64,000 nt of DNA, from contig CDRNVI010000047.1 of assembly GCA_977017575.1 (NCBI GenBank), positions 124,001 to 188,000 on the forward strand, given 5' to 3'. Of this stretch, positions 15,001 through 25,637 are shown piece by piece (position 1 is the first letter of the stretch; every line of letters begins with the position of its first letter). Origin of the DNA: Paramoeba atlantica. Its lineage: Eukaryota; Protista; Discosea. Under the pieces are notes generated by a model that searched no databases, was not told where the DNA came from, and saw only the letters and a program-made list of their open reading frames with translations. The position numbers and the translations under genes are program-made.

Positions 15001-18000
15001 AAAACTTTGATATGCCTTTTTCTGAGAACCGAAAGCTGAGACCACGCGCAGCACGCAGCGGTGCGCCAAATAAGATTTATGCACTCGTGAGTGCGCGCTC
15101 CGAATGTTGATGGATTTGCGTTGCGCGATCCGAGGCACCGCACACGCAAATCGCCGCGATCGAAGTCGTGAAGTCGCAAAACTTTGATATGCCTTTTTCT
15201 GAGAACCGAAAGCTGAGACCACGCGCAGCACGCAGCGGTGCGCCAAATAAGATTTATGCACTCGTGAGTGCGCGCTCCGAATGTTGATGGATTTGCGTTG
15301 CGCGATCCGAGGCACCGCACACGCAAATCGCCTCGATTGAAGTCGTGAAGTCGCAAAACTTTGATATGCCTTTTTCTGAGAACCGAAAGCTGAGACCACG
15401 CGCAGCACGCAGCGGTGCGCCAAATAAGATTTATGCACTCGTGAGTGCGCGCTCCGAATGTTGATGGATTTGCGTTGCGCGATCCGAGGCACCGCACACG
15501 CAAATCGCCGCGATCGAAGTCGTGAAGTCGCAAAACTTTGATATGCCTTTTTCTGAGAACCGAAAGCTGAGACCACGCGCAGCACGCAGCGGTGCGCCAA
15601 ATAAGATTTATGCACTCGTGAGTGCGCGCTCCGAATGTTGATGGATTTGCGTTGCGCGATCCGAGGCACCGCACACGCAAATCGCCTCGATTGAAGTCGT
15701 GAAGTCACAAAACTTTGATATGCCTTTTTCTGAGAACCGAAAGCTGAGACCACGCGCAGCACGCAGCGGTGCGCCAAAGTGGATTTATGCACTCTTGAGT
15801 GTGCGCTGTGAATGTTGATGGATTTGCGTTGCGCGATCCGAGACAACGCACTCGCAAATCGCCGCGATTGAAGTCGTGAAGTCACAAAATTTTGATATGC
15901 CTTTTTCTGAGAACCGAAAGCTGAGACCACGCGCAGCACGCAGCGGTGCGCCAAATAAGATTTATGAACTCGTGATTGAGCGCTCCGAATGTTTATGGAT
16001 TTGCGTTGCGCGATCCGAGGCACCGCACACGCAAATCGCCTCGATTGAAGTCATGAAGTCGCAAAACTTTGATATGCCTTTTTCTGAGAACCGAAAGCTG
16101 AGACCACGCGCAGCACGCAGCGGTGCGCCAAATAAGATTTATGCACTCGTGAGTGCGCGCTCCGAATGTTGATGGATTTGCGTTGCGCGATCCGAGGCAC
16201 CGCACACGCAAATCGCCTCGATTGAAGTCGTGAAGTCGCAAAACTTTGATATGCCTTTTTCTGAAAACCGAAAGCTGAGACCACGCGCAGCACGCAGCGG
16301 TGCGCCAAATAAGATTTATGCACTCGTGAGTGCGCGCTCCGAATGTTGATGGATTTGCGTTGCGCGATCCGAGGCACCGCACACGCAAATCGCCGCGATC
16401 GAAGTCGTGAAGTCGCAAAACTTTGATATGCCTTTTTCTGAGAACCGAAAGCTGAGACCACGCGCAGCACGCAGCGGTGCGCCAAATAAGATTTATGCAC
16501 TCGTGAGTGCGCGCTCCGAATGTTGATGGATTTGCGTTGCGCGATCCGAGGCACCGCACACGCAAATCGCCTCGATTGAAGTCGTGAAGTCACAAAACTT
16601 TGATATGCCTTTTTCTGAGAACCGAAAGCTGAGACCACGCGCAGCACGCAGCGGTGCGCCAAATAAGATTTATGCACTCGTGAGTGCGCGCTCCGAATGT
16701 TGATGGATTTGCGTTGCGCGATCCGAGGCACCGCACACGCAAATCGCCTCGATTGAAGTCGTGAAGTCACAAAACTTTGATATGCCTTTTTCTGAAAACC
16801 GAAAGCTGAGACCACGCGAAGCACGTAGCGGTGCGCCAAATAAGATTTATGCACTCGTGATTGCGCGCTCCGAATGTTGATGGATTTGCGTTGCGCGATC
16901 CGAGGCACCGCACACGCAAATCGCCTCGATTGAAGTCGTGAAGTCACAAAACTTTGATATGCCTTTTTCTGAAAACCGAAAGCTGAGACCACGCGAAGCA
17001 CGTAGCGGTGCGCCAAATAAGATTTATGCACTCGTGAGTGCGCGCTCCGAATGTTGATGGATTTGCGTTGCGCGATCCGAGGCACCGCACACGCAAATCG
17101 CCTCGATTGAAGTCGTGAAGTCACAAAACTTTGATATGCCTTTTTCTGAAAACCGAAAGCTGAGACCACGCGAAGCACGTAGCGGTGCGCCAAATAAGAT
17201 TTATGCACTCGTGATTGCGCGCTCCGAATGTTGATGGATTTGCGTTGCGCGATCCGAGGCACCGCACACGCGAATCGCCGCGATCGAAGTCGTGAAGTCG
17301 CAAAACTTTGATATGCCTTTTTCTGAAAACCGAAAGCTGAGACCACGCGCAGCACGCAGCGGTGCGCCAAATAAGATTTATGCACTCGTGAGTGCGCGCT
17401 CCGAATGTTGATGGATTTGCGTTGCGCGATCCGAGGCACCGCACACGCAAATCGCCTCGATTGAAGTCGTGAAGTCGCAAAACTTTGATATGCCTTTTTC
17501 TGAGAACCGAAAGCTGAGACCACGCGCAGCACGTAGCGGTGCGCCAAATAAGATTTATGCACTCGTGAGTGCGCGCTCCGAATGTTGATGGATTTGCGTT
17601 GCGCGATCCGAGGCACCGCACACGCAAATCGCCTCGATTGAAGTCGTGAAGTCACAAAACTTTGATATGCCTTTTTCTGAAAACCGAAAGCTGAGACCAC
17701 GCGAAGCACGTAGCGGTGCGCCAAATAAGATTTATGCACTCGTGATTGCGCGCTCCGAATGTTGATGGATTTGCGTTGCGCGATCCGAGGCACCGCACAC
17801 GCGAATCGCCGCGATCGAAGTCGTGAAGTCGCAAAACTTTGATATGCCTTTTTCTGAGAACCGAAAGCTGAGACCACGCGCAGCACGCAGCGGTGCGCCA
17901 AATAAGATTTATGCACTCGTGAGTGCGCGCTCCGAATGTTGATGGATTTGCGTTGCGCGATCCGAGGCACCGCACACGCAAATCGCCTCGATTGAAGTCG

Positions 18001-18711
18001 TGAAGTCGCAAAACTTTGATATGCCTTTTTCTGAGAACCGAAAGCTGAGACCACGCGCAGCACGCAGCGGTGCGCCAAATAAGATTTATGCACTCGTGAG
18101 TGCGCGCTCCGAATGTTGATGGATTTGCGTTGCGCGATCCGAGGCACCGCACACGCAAATCGCCTCGATTGAAGTCGTGAAGTCACAAAACTTTGATATG
18201 CCTTTTTCTGAAAACCGAAAGCTGAGACCACGCGAAGCACGTAGCGGTGCGCCAAATAAGATTTATGCACTCGTGATTGCGCGCTCCGAATGTTGATGGA
18301 TTTGCGTTGCGCGATCCGAGGCACCGCACACGCGAATCGCCGCGATCGAAGTCGTGAAGTCGCAAAACTTTGATATGCCTTTTTCTGAAAACCGAAAGCT
18401 GGGACCACGCGCAGCACGCAGCGGTGCGCCAAATAAGATTTATGCACTCTTGAGTGTGCGCTGCGAATGTTGATGGATTTGCGTTGCGCGATCCGAGACA
18501 ACGCACACGCGAATCGCCGCGATTGAAGTCGTGAAGTCACAAAATTTTGATATGCCTTTTTCTGAGAACCGAAAGCTGAGACCACGCGCAGCACGCAGCG
18601 GTGCGCCAAATAAGATTTATGCACTCGTGATTGAGCGCTCCGAATGTTGATGGATTTGCGTTGCGCGATCCGAGGCACCGCACACGCAAATCGCCGCGAT
18701 TGAAGTCGTGA
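1..18711. repeat. 177-bp tandem satellite array (~106 units), runs off the left edge of the window
   Basis: cgcgcagcacgcagcggtgcgcc recurs at 1, 178, 355 and onward. ORF-track peptides repeat every 59 aa. The unit is ~53% GC by hand count. Confidence 0.99.
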
Positions 18712-20045
18712 TGTCAGAGAACTGAACCGCGTCCTACCCCCCCCCCTCCCTGAACCTCCGACATTTACCCCCCACCCTGGACACGCTCTGTACTCCCCCT
18801 TCGACCTCCTGGAGAGACCTCCTGGACCCCCCGGACCGCACCCTGGACCCCCCCCCTGGACCCCCCCTGAACCTCCCACCTGGAGACACCCCCTGGACAC
18901 CCCCCCCTGGACCCTCCCCCTGGACACACTCCCCCTGGAGAGACCTCCTGGACTCCCCCCGGACCGCACCCTAGACCCCCCCCCCTGGACACCCCCCTGG
19001 ACCCGCCCTGGACTCCCCCTGGACCGCACCCTGCCCCCACCCATGGACACCCCCCTGGACCTCCCCCCTGGATCCCACCCATGGAGACACCCCCTGGACC
19101 CCACCCATGGACACCCCCCTGGACCCCCCGGACACCCCCCCTGGATACCCCCCCTGGAGAGACCTCCTGGACCCCCCGGACCGCACCGTAGACCCCCCCC
19201 TAGACACCCCCCTGGACCTCCCCTGGACTGCACCCTAGACCCCCCCCTGGACACCCCCCTGGACCCGCCCTGGACTCCCCCTGGACCGCACCCTGCCCCC
19301 ACCCCTGGACACCCCCCTGGACCCGCCCTGGACTCCCCCTGGACCGCACCCTGCCCCCACCCCTGGACCCCCCCTGAACCTCCCCTCTGGACTCCCCCCC
19401 TGGAGACACCCCCTGGACTCCCCCCCTGGAGACACCCCCTGGACCCGCCCTGGACTCCCCCCTGGACCGCACCCTGCCCCCACCCCTGGACACCCCCCTG
19501 GACCCGCCCTGGACTCCCCCTGGACCGCACCCTGCCCCCACCCATGGACACCCCCCTGGACCCCCTGGACCCCACCCCCCCCTGGACACCCCCCCTGGAC
19601 ACCCCCCCTGGACACCCCCCCTGGAGAGACCTCCTGGACCCCCCGGACCGCACCGTAGACCCCCCCCTGGACCCGCCCTGGACTCCCCCTGGACCGCACC
19701 CTGCCCCCACCCCTGGACACCCCCTCCCTGGAGACACACCCTGGACCGCACCCTAGACCCCCCCCCTGAACCTCCCCTCTGGACTCCCCCCCTGGAGACA
19801 CCCCCTGGACTCCCCCCCCTGGAGACACCCGCTGGACCCGCCCTGGACTCCCCCTGGACCGCACCCTGCCCCCACCCCTGGACCCCCCCTGAACCTCCCC
19901 CCTGGACCCCCCCCTGGAGACCCCCTGGACTGCACCCTAGACCCCCCCTGGACACCCCCCTGGACCCGCCCTCGACTCCCCCTGGACCGCACCCTGCCCC
20001 CACCCCTGGACTCCCCCCGTGTACCCCGCCCCTGGGCCCCACCCC
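18712..20045. repeat. C-rich degenerate (CCCCCTGGA/CCGCACCCTG)n block, G-quadruplex-prone on the minus strand
   Basis: Dozens of C5-7-TGGA(C/G) motifs, with ~58-bp higher units (e.g. from ~19250). Flanked by the duplicated 21-mer tcgccgcgattgaagtcgtga at 18691-18711 and 20046-20066. Confidence 0.95.
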
Positions 20046-20094
20046 TCGCCGCGATTGAAGTCGTGAAGTCATAAAACTTTGATATGCCTTTTTC
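20046..20094. repeat. Terminal partial unit of the 177-bp satellite
   Basis: tcgccgcgattgaagtcgtgaagtcataaaactttgatatgccttttt matches the monomer, then unique sequence begins. Confidence 0.95.
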
Positions 20095-20245
20095 GAACGA
20101 CGAGGTTGTGAGAACTTGTGAAAGTAATCTGCGTATTCAATTTAGTTCAATACACATGAATATTTCAGCACGTAAAGCATAATATTTTATTATATACCAA
20201 GGAAAGTGTTTATATCCACGTTTAAAAAGTTTTCATAAAAAGTTT

Positions 20246-20805
20246 ATGGTTGTGACCCGTTCGCAAGCGCGAGAAGCCGCGGATCGGGGGGAAGCCCTAA
20301 CTCCCCCTAGCACCCCGCGCACCTCATCGCCGAAATCCCAGGCCTCACGACCTACGAGACAGGTGGAGACGCCTCCAGTTAGTGCCCGCCGGAATTCTAA
20401 TCTAGAAGAAATCCGGGGCCTCTTGGTGTTTTGGGAAGCGTTGCAGGGGCAGTAGGCAGTACAGTATGGAACGGATTTTTCAATAACCAAGAAACGCAGC
20501 CTCAAGCGTCTGACTTTCCTAACACTCAGGCTGCGGCAGCGGCGCAGAATTCCCTTGAGCGAATAGTACAGCAGCTCGCGACGCAGGTTTCCAGTTTATT
20601 GGCTCAAGTGGCCCGGATGCAGTTCTCCGGTTCCAGTTGCCAGCCTCCAAGCGTCCTACAGCCACAGCTTCCATCTCCGCACGCTACGCTTCCACACGAA
20701 CGTATTCTGGAGCAAAGCCACGTACCGCAGCAACAACGACAATTTCAGGAACATCGTCAGCCTGGGCCTTCAGATACTGCTTCGACTCGACAGGGAGGCT
20801 ATTGA
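20246..20805 (+). pseudogene. Possible frameshifted ORF, low-complexity Q/P/S-rich hypothetical protein
   Basis: ORFs 20246-20455 and 20431-20805 overlap. One added base near 20425 would give ...RGLLGVLGSVAGAVGSTVWNGFF... in a single frame. Confidence 0.3.
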
Positions 20806-21714
20806 ATATTGAAAAATAGTTTCCCATTCGTTAGTACTGTGAGAAAATGAATTATAGTAGCGCTACTAAGTGACATATGTTGTTTTACTTTATACTTTAT
20901 ATATTGATGTACAAACATATTCGATGGATTTGACGAAGGGTAGGATTACATTAATGTATTTTACACTTGATTTGAGTTTTTCAATCTTCACGAATACAAT
21001 TTTATACGAATGCGCTGATTATGAAGCGTATCATCCAAAGACAATGATGACTCAGTGGAACTTTGAATTCGGGTTTTCAGCTCAGCGTTCGACTTCATTG
21101 AAGAAAAGCAATAGATAATCGAATGAACCAAGAATAATAATCAAAAACGGGATAAAACGTGTATGCTTTCATACAAACGTTATGAAAGAGAAAACTGTCA
21201 ATATATTTTACTTTGTTTTTCTCCTACTGTGTCAAAACAAGATCACGCGAGATCATCCCCGCAGCCCCTCACATTTATAGCTTTTAAGGTCATGTTTTCA
21301 TAAATTCCTTCGTGGCGCATTATCAATGTCTAGCATCAGTCGCTCGCAGATATTTCTCACCGGTTTTGGGGGCCACTCGGGCCGTGCATGGGGTAGCTTT
21401 TAACATATTAAATTAGAACTACAATGCCGAATATGGCAAAAACGTGAATTGACGCTTAAAGAAATGATAAAAAATTTCAGTGTTTTTCTGTAAACATTAT
21501 TTATGAGCCTTGTCCCAGTTATTTTTTCTTGCATTCATGAAGTAGTGGTGCGAAATAATACTTAGTGTCGTAAAAATATACGAATTTTTACGAACACTGT
21601 ATTTATAGTACACTGTACTGTATAATATACAGTATAAAAGGAAAAAATGTATTAAATATGTATATTTTTGAGATACAATAAAATAGGATTCGGCCTTCAT
21701 AAAGGGTGCATTTC

Positions 21715-22542
21715 ATGAACCGCGGCGTTCTGCTTTTTTTGAGCTTTATTGCTCTTGAGCATACATGTATGTTTGTCGAATATGGTATGATGTACGATAA
21801 CTCTGTGCATCGGGGTGCCAAAGTGCGCGGCGGAGTATTTCCTGATTACATGTGTCTGAATCTTCTTGTGTCAAAAATGAAAACTTTTCCATCAGATTGG
21901 GAAAAACCGGAGTTGTCAGCATGTCAACGATGCGGCATCCGGTGTGATGCACAAGGTCGCGTGACCGAAATCAACTTGAAAAACAGAAACATGACAGGAA
22001 ATTTATCTTGGGCTTATCTTCCCTCGAATATAATTTCTATAAACGTTGCAAAGAATCATATCTCCGGTGGATTATCGCTAGAGTGCCTTCCAAAGGGAAT
22101 TATCCGTTTAAAAGGGCACAGCAATCGAATGAAATGCGATTTACGTTTGAATGACGCTCCATCAAAATTGCAATTCATATCAATTCATACGAACTTGTTC
22201 TTTGGTGAGGTAGCATTCGAGGCACTACCTGCTGATTTGAAAAAAATGGAATTGCACAAGAACATGTTCGCCGGTGGTATCTCTCTGTCACTTTTACCTA
22301 ATACGCTATCAGAATTGTATCTGCACGATAATCAATTATCAGGCTTGCTTGTTTTAGATGCGCTTCCTTTTTCTTTGCGTTATCTTTCCCTCTCCAATAA
22401 TTGTTTTGTTGGACATGTTAATCTTACACATCTCCCATCTGGGATGAAATTCTTGGCTTTGAAAAATAACAATATCACGGTTGGTAGTCTTATGGGATTG
22501 CCGAAAGGTATGAAGCTCGACATTAGGGAAACAATTTGGTAG
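21715..22542 (+). CDS. Leucine-rich repeat protein (LRR-only family, paralogue 1)
   Basis: Cys cap (C..CGIRCDAQGRVTEI) followed by ~24-aa LP..L..L.L..N.L.G.L.L repeats. First ATG is at 21715; the true start may be downstream. Confidence 0.9.
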   Translation: MNRGVLLFLSFIALEHTCMFVEYGMMYDNSVHRGAKVRGGVFPDYMCLNLLVSKMKTFPSDWEKPELSACQRCGIRCDAQGRVTEINLKNRNMTGNLSWAYLPSNIISINVAKNHISGGLSLECLPKGIIRLKGHSNRMKCDLRLNDAPSKLQFISIHTNLFFGEVAFEALPADLKKMELHKNMFAGGISLSLLPNTLSELYLHDNQLSGLLVLDALPFSLRYLSLSNNCFVGHVNLTHLPSGMKFLALKNNNITVGSLMGLPKGMKLDIRETIW

Positions 22543-22705
22543 TCTAAAATACGAATTTTCAATTTAGCAAATTTACCATCCAGACAACCAATATTCAGGA
22601 AGTCACGGAGATTCGATAAACCGCTTTATGGAGTTTTTTCCAGAGGCTAATGAGATTTCGAGTGTACTTTACAATAGAGAGTCAGTAAAACAGCTTTTCT
22701 AAAGG

Positions 22706-23116
22706 TCAGATGTGGACTCTCGTGACCTCCAGTGGCTGCCAGTGATCGCTAAGGTTGCACGGCATTGGACTCCCTGCAACTTGGCGTCTTTTTTCGGGGC
22801 CACGGTGGACCACTGCTACTGGTCCTCGTTGATCATTTTGTACATGTTTAGTTGAACAGATATGGATTGTTACTATATTTATTAAATGCTCGTTATTTGT
22901 TTCTAGATTCGAACTCTCCACGTATTCAAACTTATTGTGATGTGAAAATTGTACTGTCCTCGCTGCAGGGTGGACCGCCACGCGTCTTTGGGGGAACCTA
23001 TACGGTGTGTAATGTGTGCGTGCACCATTGAAAGTGATGCAAACGATTCTTGCATCCAATGCCACAGGGTCTCTGTAATCATAGGTACCAACTACCGTCC
23101 TCTGTGTAAAAAACAC
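22706..23116 (-). pseudogene. Possible degraded endonuclease/exonuclease/phosphatase (APE-like) domain fragment
   Basis: KDAWRST...YNF in one frame and TIHICST...LSDHWQPL in another loosely resemble EEP C-terminal motifs. Confidence 0.2.
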
Positions 23117-23531
23117 TAATGTGTAGTAAAAGAATTTTTGTCATCACACTTGTGTGCAAAGCAAAAACAGGTCACAAGTGCGAACAATGATTACCGCCCA
23201 TATTCGGTTTCTACGGTACCACATAAAGGGCAATTAAGGAAAATTAAAAAATATTAAAACTTTAATGTAAGGAAATAATTTCGTCCCACTGACTTTTCTC
23301 CGAAATTCTTTCGAATTTTCTTTGATTTATGTCGCTTCTTTAACCGCGGTGGTTGTTTTCAACGTAGAAGTGACCTCTGTTGTATGTATTAGTTCATCAT
23401 TTCTTTATGTGAAAGACGCTTACCTTACTAAAATTGAGGAAGAAGAAAATTAAGAAAACTTTAATTAAGGAAATAATTTCGTGTCACAAAGAAATCTTCC
23501 TTAATTAAAATATTCCCTAATTACCATTTCT

Positions 23532-24361
23532 ACGGTAATATGTAAACCACCCGTTTAACATACCTATACCTTGGATAACATACCGGGGGGGTATGTTATT
23601 CTGGCCTGCGACACTTAACATACCCCCCCTCGTCCCACGGCTTTTTTTGTGCAACGGTACAAAAACCCAACCGTAATATCACGTACCTTTTTAAACAAAA
23701 TGTTTCTTTTATGCGTTTTTAGATGTATTTTGATACGTTTTAGCATTTAGTACTACACGCGGTACATCTTTAGATACAGGTTCTAACTAAAAAAGTTGAA
23801 ATTTTTTTCAAAAAAAAATAGCCGAACTTGACCGACCCGTTCTGCGGATACGAAGGGGGGTCACCCCCGGGTAGAGGGGTGGAAAATGCGCGCCAAGACC
23901 CCGGATACCCCTTCTGCGCCTTTATTTCGAAAAATATTTTTTTCAAAAAACTTCGTGCGGTATGCCCCCTTAATTTCACAAGTACATACTACTCGAGTCC
24001 TAATATTAATCTGCTATTGAAATATCTCAAAATATTTTAACATACATGTATTTCTCATTATCTTTTAAACCTACTATCCATCTGTATGCTGAATTTCCAA
24101 TATGATGCATCTTGTGGGCGAAAACCCCTGGGCCCCCCAAGGGTCGGATTTTTTTTGAAAATTTTTGGACCACCGGAGCCCCTTTTATAAATTTTTCTTC
24201 TATTATATTACTGTGTTCCTCTTTATATTTTCACTGTTTTTCACTTTTTTTCAATAATCGAGGGTAGAGCGGTAGTTATACAACCACCGCAACATACCTA
24301 CCTTGATGTATACATTGATAACATACCGGGGGGGGGGGGGGTATGTTAAATGGGTACCGTA
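23532..24361. mobile_element. MITE-like element with AACATACC-G(n)-GGTATGTT palindromes, carrying a nested partial element-B copy (~23805-24291)
   Basis: The ends tacggta...cccgtttaacatacc and ggtatgttaaatgggtaccgta are inverted. Internal G-run palindromes at ~23578 and ~24320. Confidence 0.5.
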
Positions 24362-24662
24362 GACCCCCCCCAGTAATAGACCCCCCCAGTAACAAGGATT
24401 TGACCCTTTTTCGGCTGACCCCCAGTAACAAGGGTTTGGCTCGGGAGGGTCGTTGGAGGGGGGGGGGGTGATGGTGATGGTGGCTGGGCGGGGTGAGGGC
24501 GGTTGCGAGGGAGCGAATGGCGTGGTTGCGGGGTTGGATGGGCTGAAAATCAACGCACTCATGTACAAAAAATGTCTTTTCTCACCCAAAAAGCATACCC
24601 CCAGTAACAAGGATTTGGTCATTTTGACCCAAAATCAATTCTGTTACTGGGGGGGTCTACGG
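24357..24662. mobile_element. TA-flanked MITE with CCGTAGACCCCCC..AGTAA TIRs (Tc2/pogo-like ends)
   Basis: ta|ccgtagacccccccccagtaa ... ttactgggggggtctacgg|ta. A related right end lies at ~47670-47737. Confidence 0.8.
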
Positions 24663-24704
24663 TATGTGGTTTAAATAAAATCGTTTTCTCTCGCAGCTTA
24701 ATAC

Positions 24705-24860
24705 TATACCCCCCCTACTTACATACACCCCCCTACCTGTATTTGTCACCCCTTTTTGGAGAAAAGTGACAAATAAGTAGAGGGGGCGGGTGTGTGACAA
24801 ATAACTAGGGGGGTGGCGTTCATTAGGTGACAAATAACTAGGGGAGGTAGGTGTCATTGG
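24705..24860. repeat. GTGACAAATAA(C/G)TAG motif cluster (3 direct copies and 1 inverted)
   Basis: Copies at ~24767, 24795 and 24828, inverted tatttgtcac at ~24740. A related motif occurs at ~53300-53350. Confidence 0.6.
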
Positions 24861-25449
24861 GCGCGGCCAAAATAGTATAGTATAGTAAAGTATCTATATC
24901 TCCTTGCAAGTTGTTTTCTTGCCATCATAGATAAAGGCTCGCATAAAGCCTACTTCATAAATAGGTGAAACTCTACCCAGGTAGGGGAAGCACAGGCTGC
25001 CAGTTCTCAGAAAGGTCGCAGCGGGAAATTACGTCACCTTGCACACCAAACAAAACACGGTACATGTTGTTCACTACATGAAGTGCACACGTGTTCTCTC
25101 CAGGCAATTGCTAAGGACATGTCATGCATACAATGAAGTATGATGATTGAGGAGCGTCAAGATGCTCGCATAGTCTCTCTTTGGATACTTTTATAAACTT
25201 AATAAAAAACGTGGTTCGCAGAAACTATAATATAGTAAAATACAGTTTTTTCATTGAATATAGTTACTATATAGTACTATATTTACTATATTTTACTATA
25301 AAACTATAAGAAAACTATAAAGTTTTTTTCACTTTACAAGTGATATTTTTTGAGTCCTCTCCGCTTGTGAAGGACATACACACGCCTCTACATGCGTTCT
25401 TACACGTTTACATACGTATGATATGACAAGAAATTCTGAAAAAAATGTA

Positions 25450-25637
25450 ACCCAAGCTAAAGTGGACGAGGGAGATACTAAAAGCACCTTTGGCAAACCA
25501 CCATAAAAATGGAAGGGTATGTCCCTTAAAGATTCTTTTGGCACGTCGGAATCCTTTACAAATCGGGAGATATCATTCCATTTTTGTGGTGGTTTAAAGG
25601 TGCTTTTGGAACCTCCCTCGTCCACTTTATCCTGGGT
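25450..25637. mobile_element. Foldback/hairpin MITE family F, copy 1
   Basis: ta|acccaagctaaagtggacgagggag ... ctccctcgtccactttatcctgggt|ta, with ~80-bp imperfect arms. Confidence 0.8.

Noticed and set aside
1-18711. Identity with the Trypanosoma brucei minichromosomal 177-bp repeat
   Set aside because: Only the length matches. That repeat is AT-rich, whereas this one is ~53% GC and I recognise no shared sequence.
1-18711. CRISPR array, SL-RNA or 5S array interpretation
   Set aside because: No unique spacers, no spliced-leader or 5S sequence in the unit, and the context is eukaryotic.
484-19737. Very long minus-strand ORFs (up to 1822 aa) of 59-aa repeats in the satellite
   Set aside because: A by-product of a unit length divisible by 3 with no stop in two frames. 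Variants introduce stops freely and there is no start context or domain.
18712-20045. Canonical telomere
   Set aside because: No (CCCTAA)n, the repeats are irregular, and the block is internal with satellite on both sides.
18765-20072. Gly-rich and Pro-rich ORFs in the C-rich block
   Set aside because: Translations of a low-complexity repeat, open in most frames.
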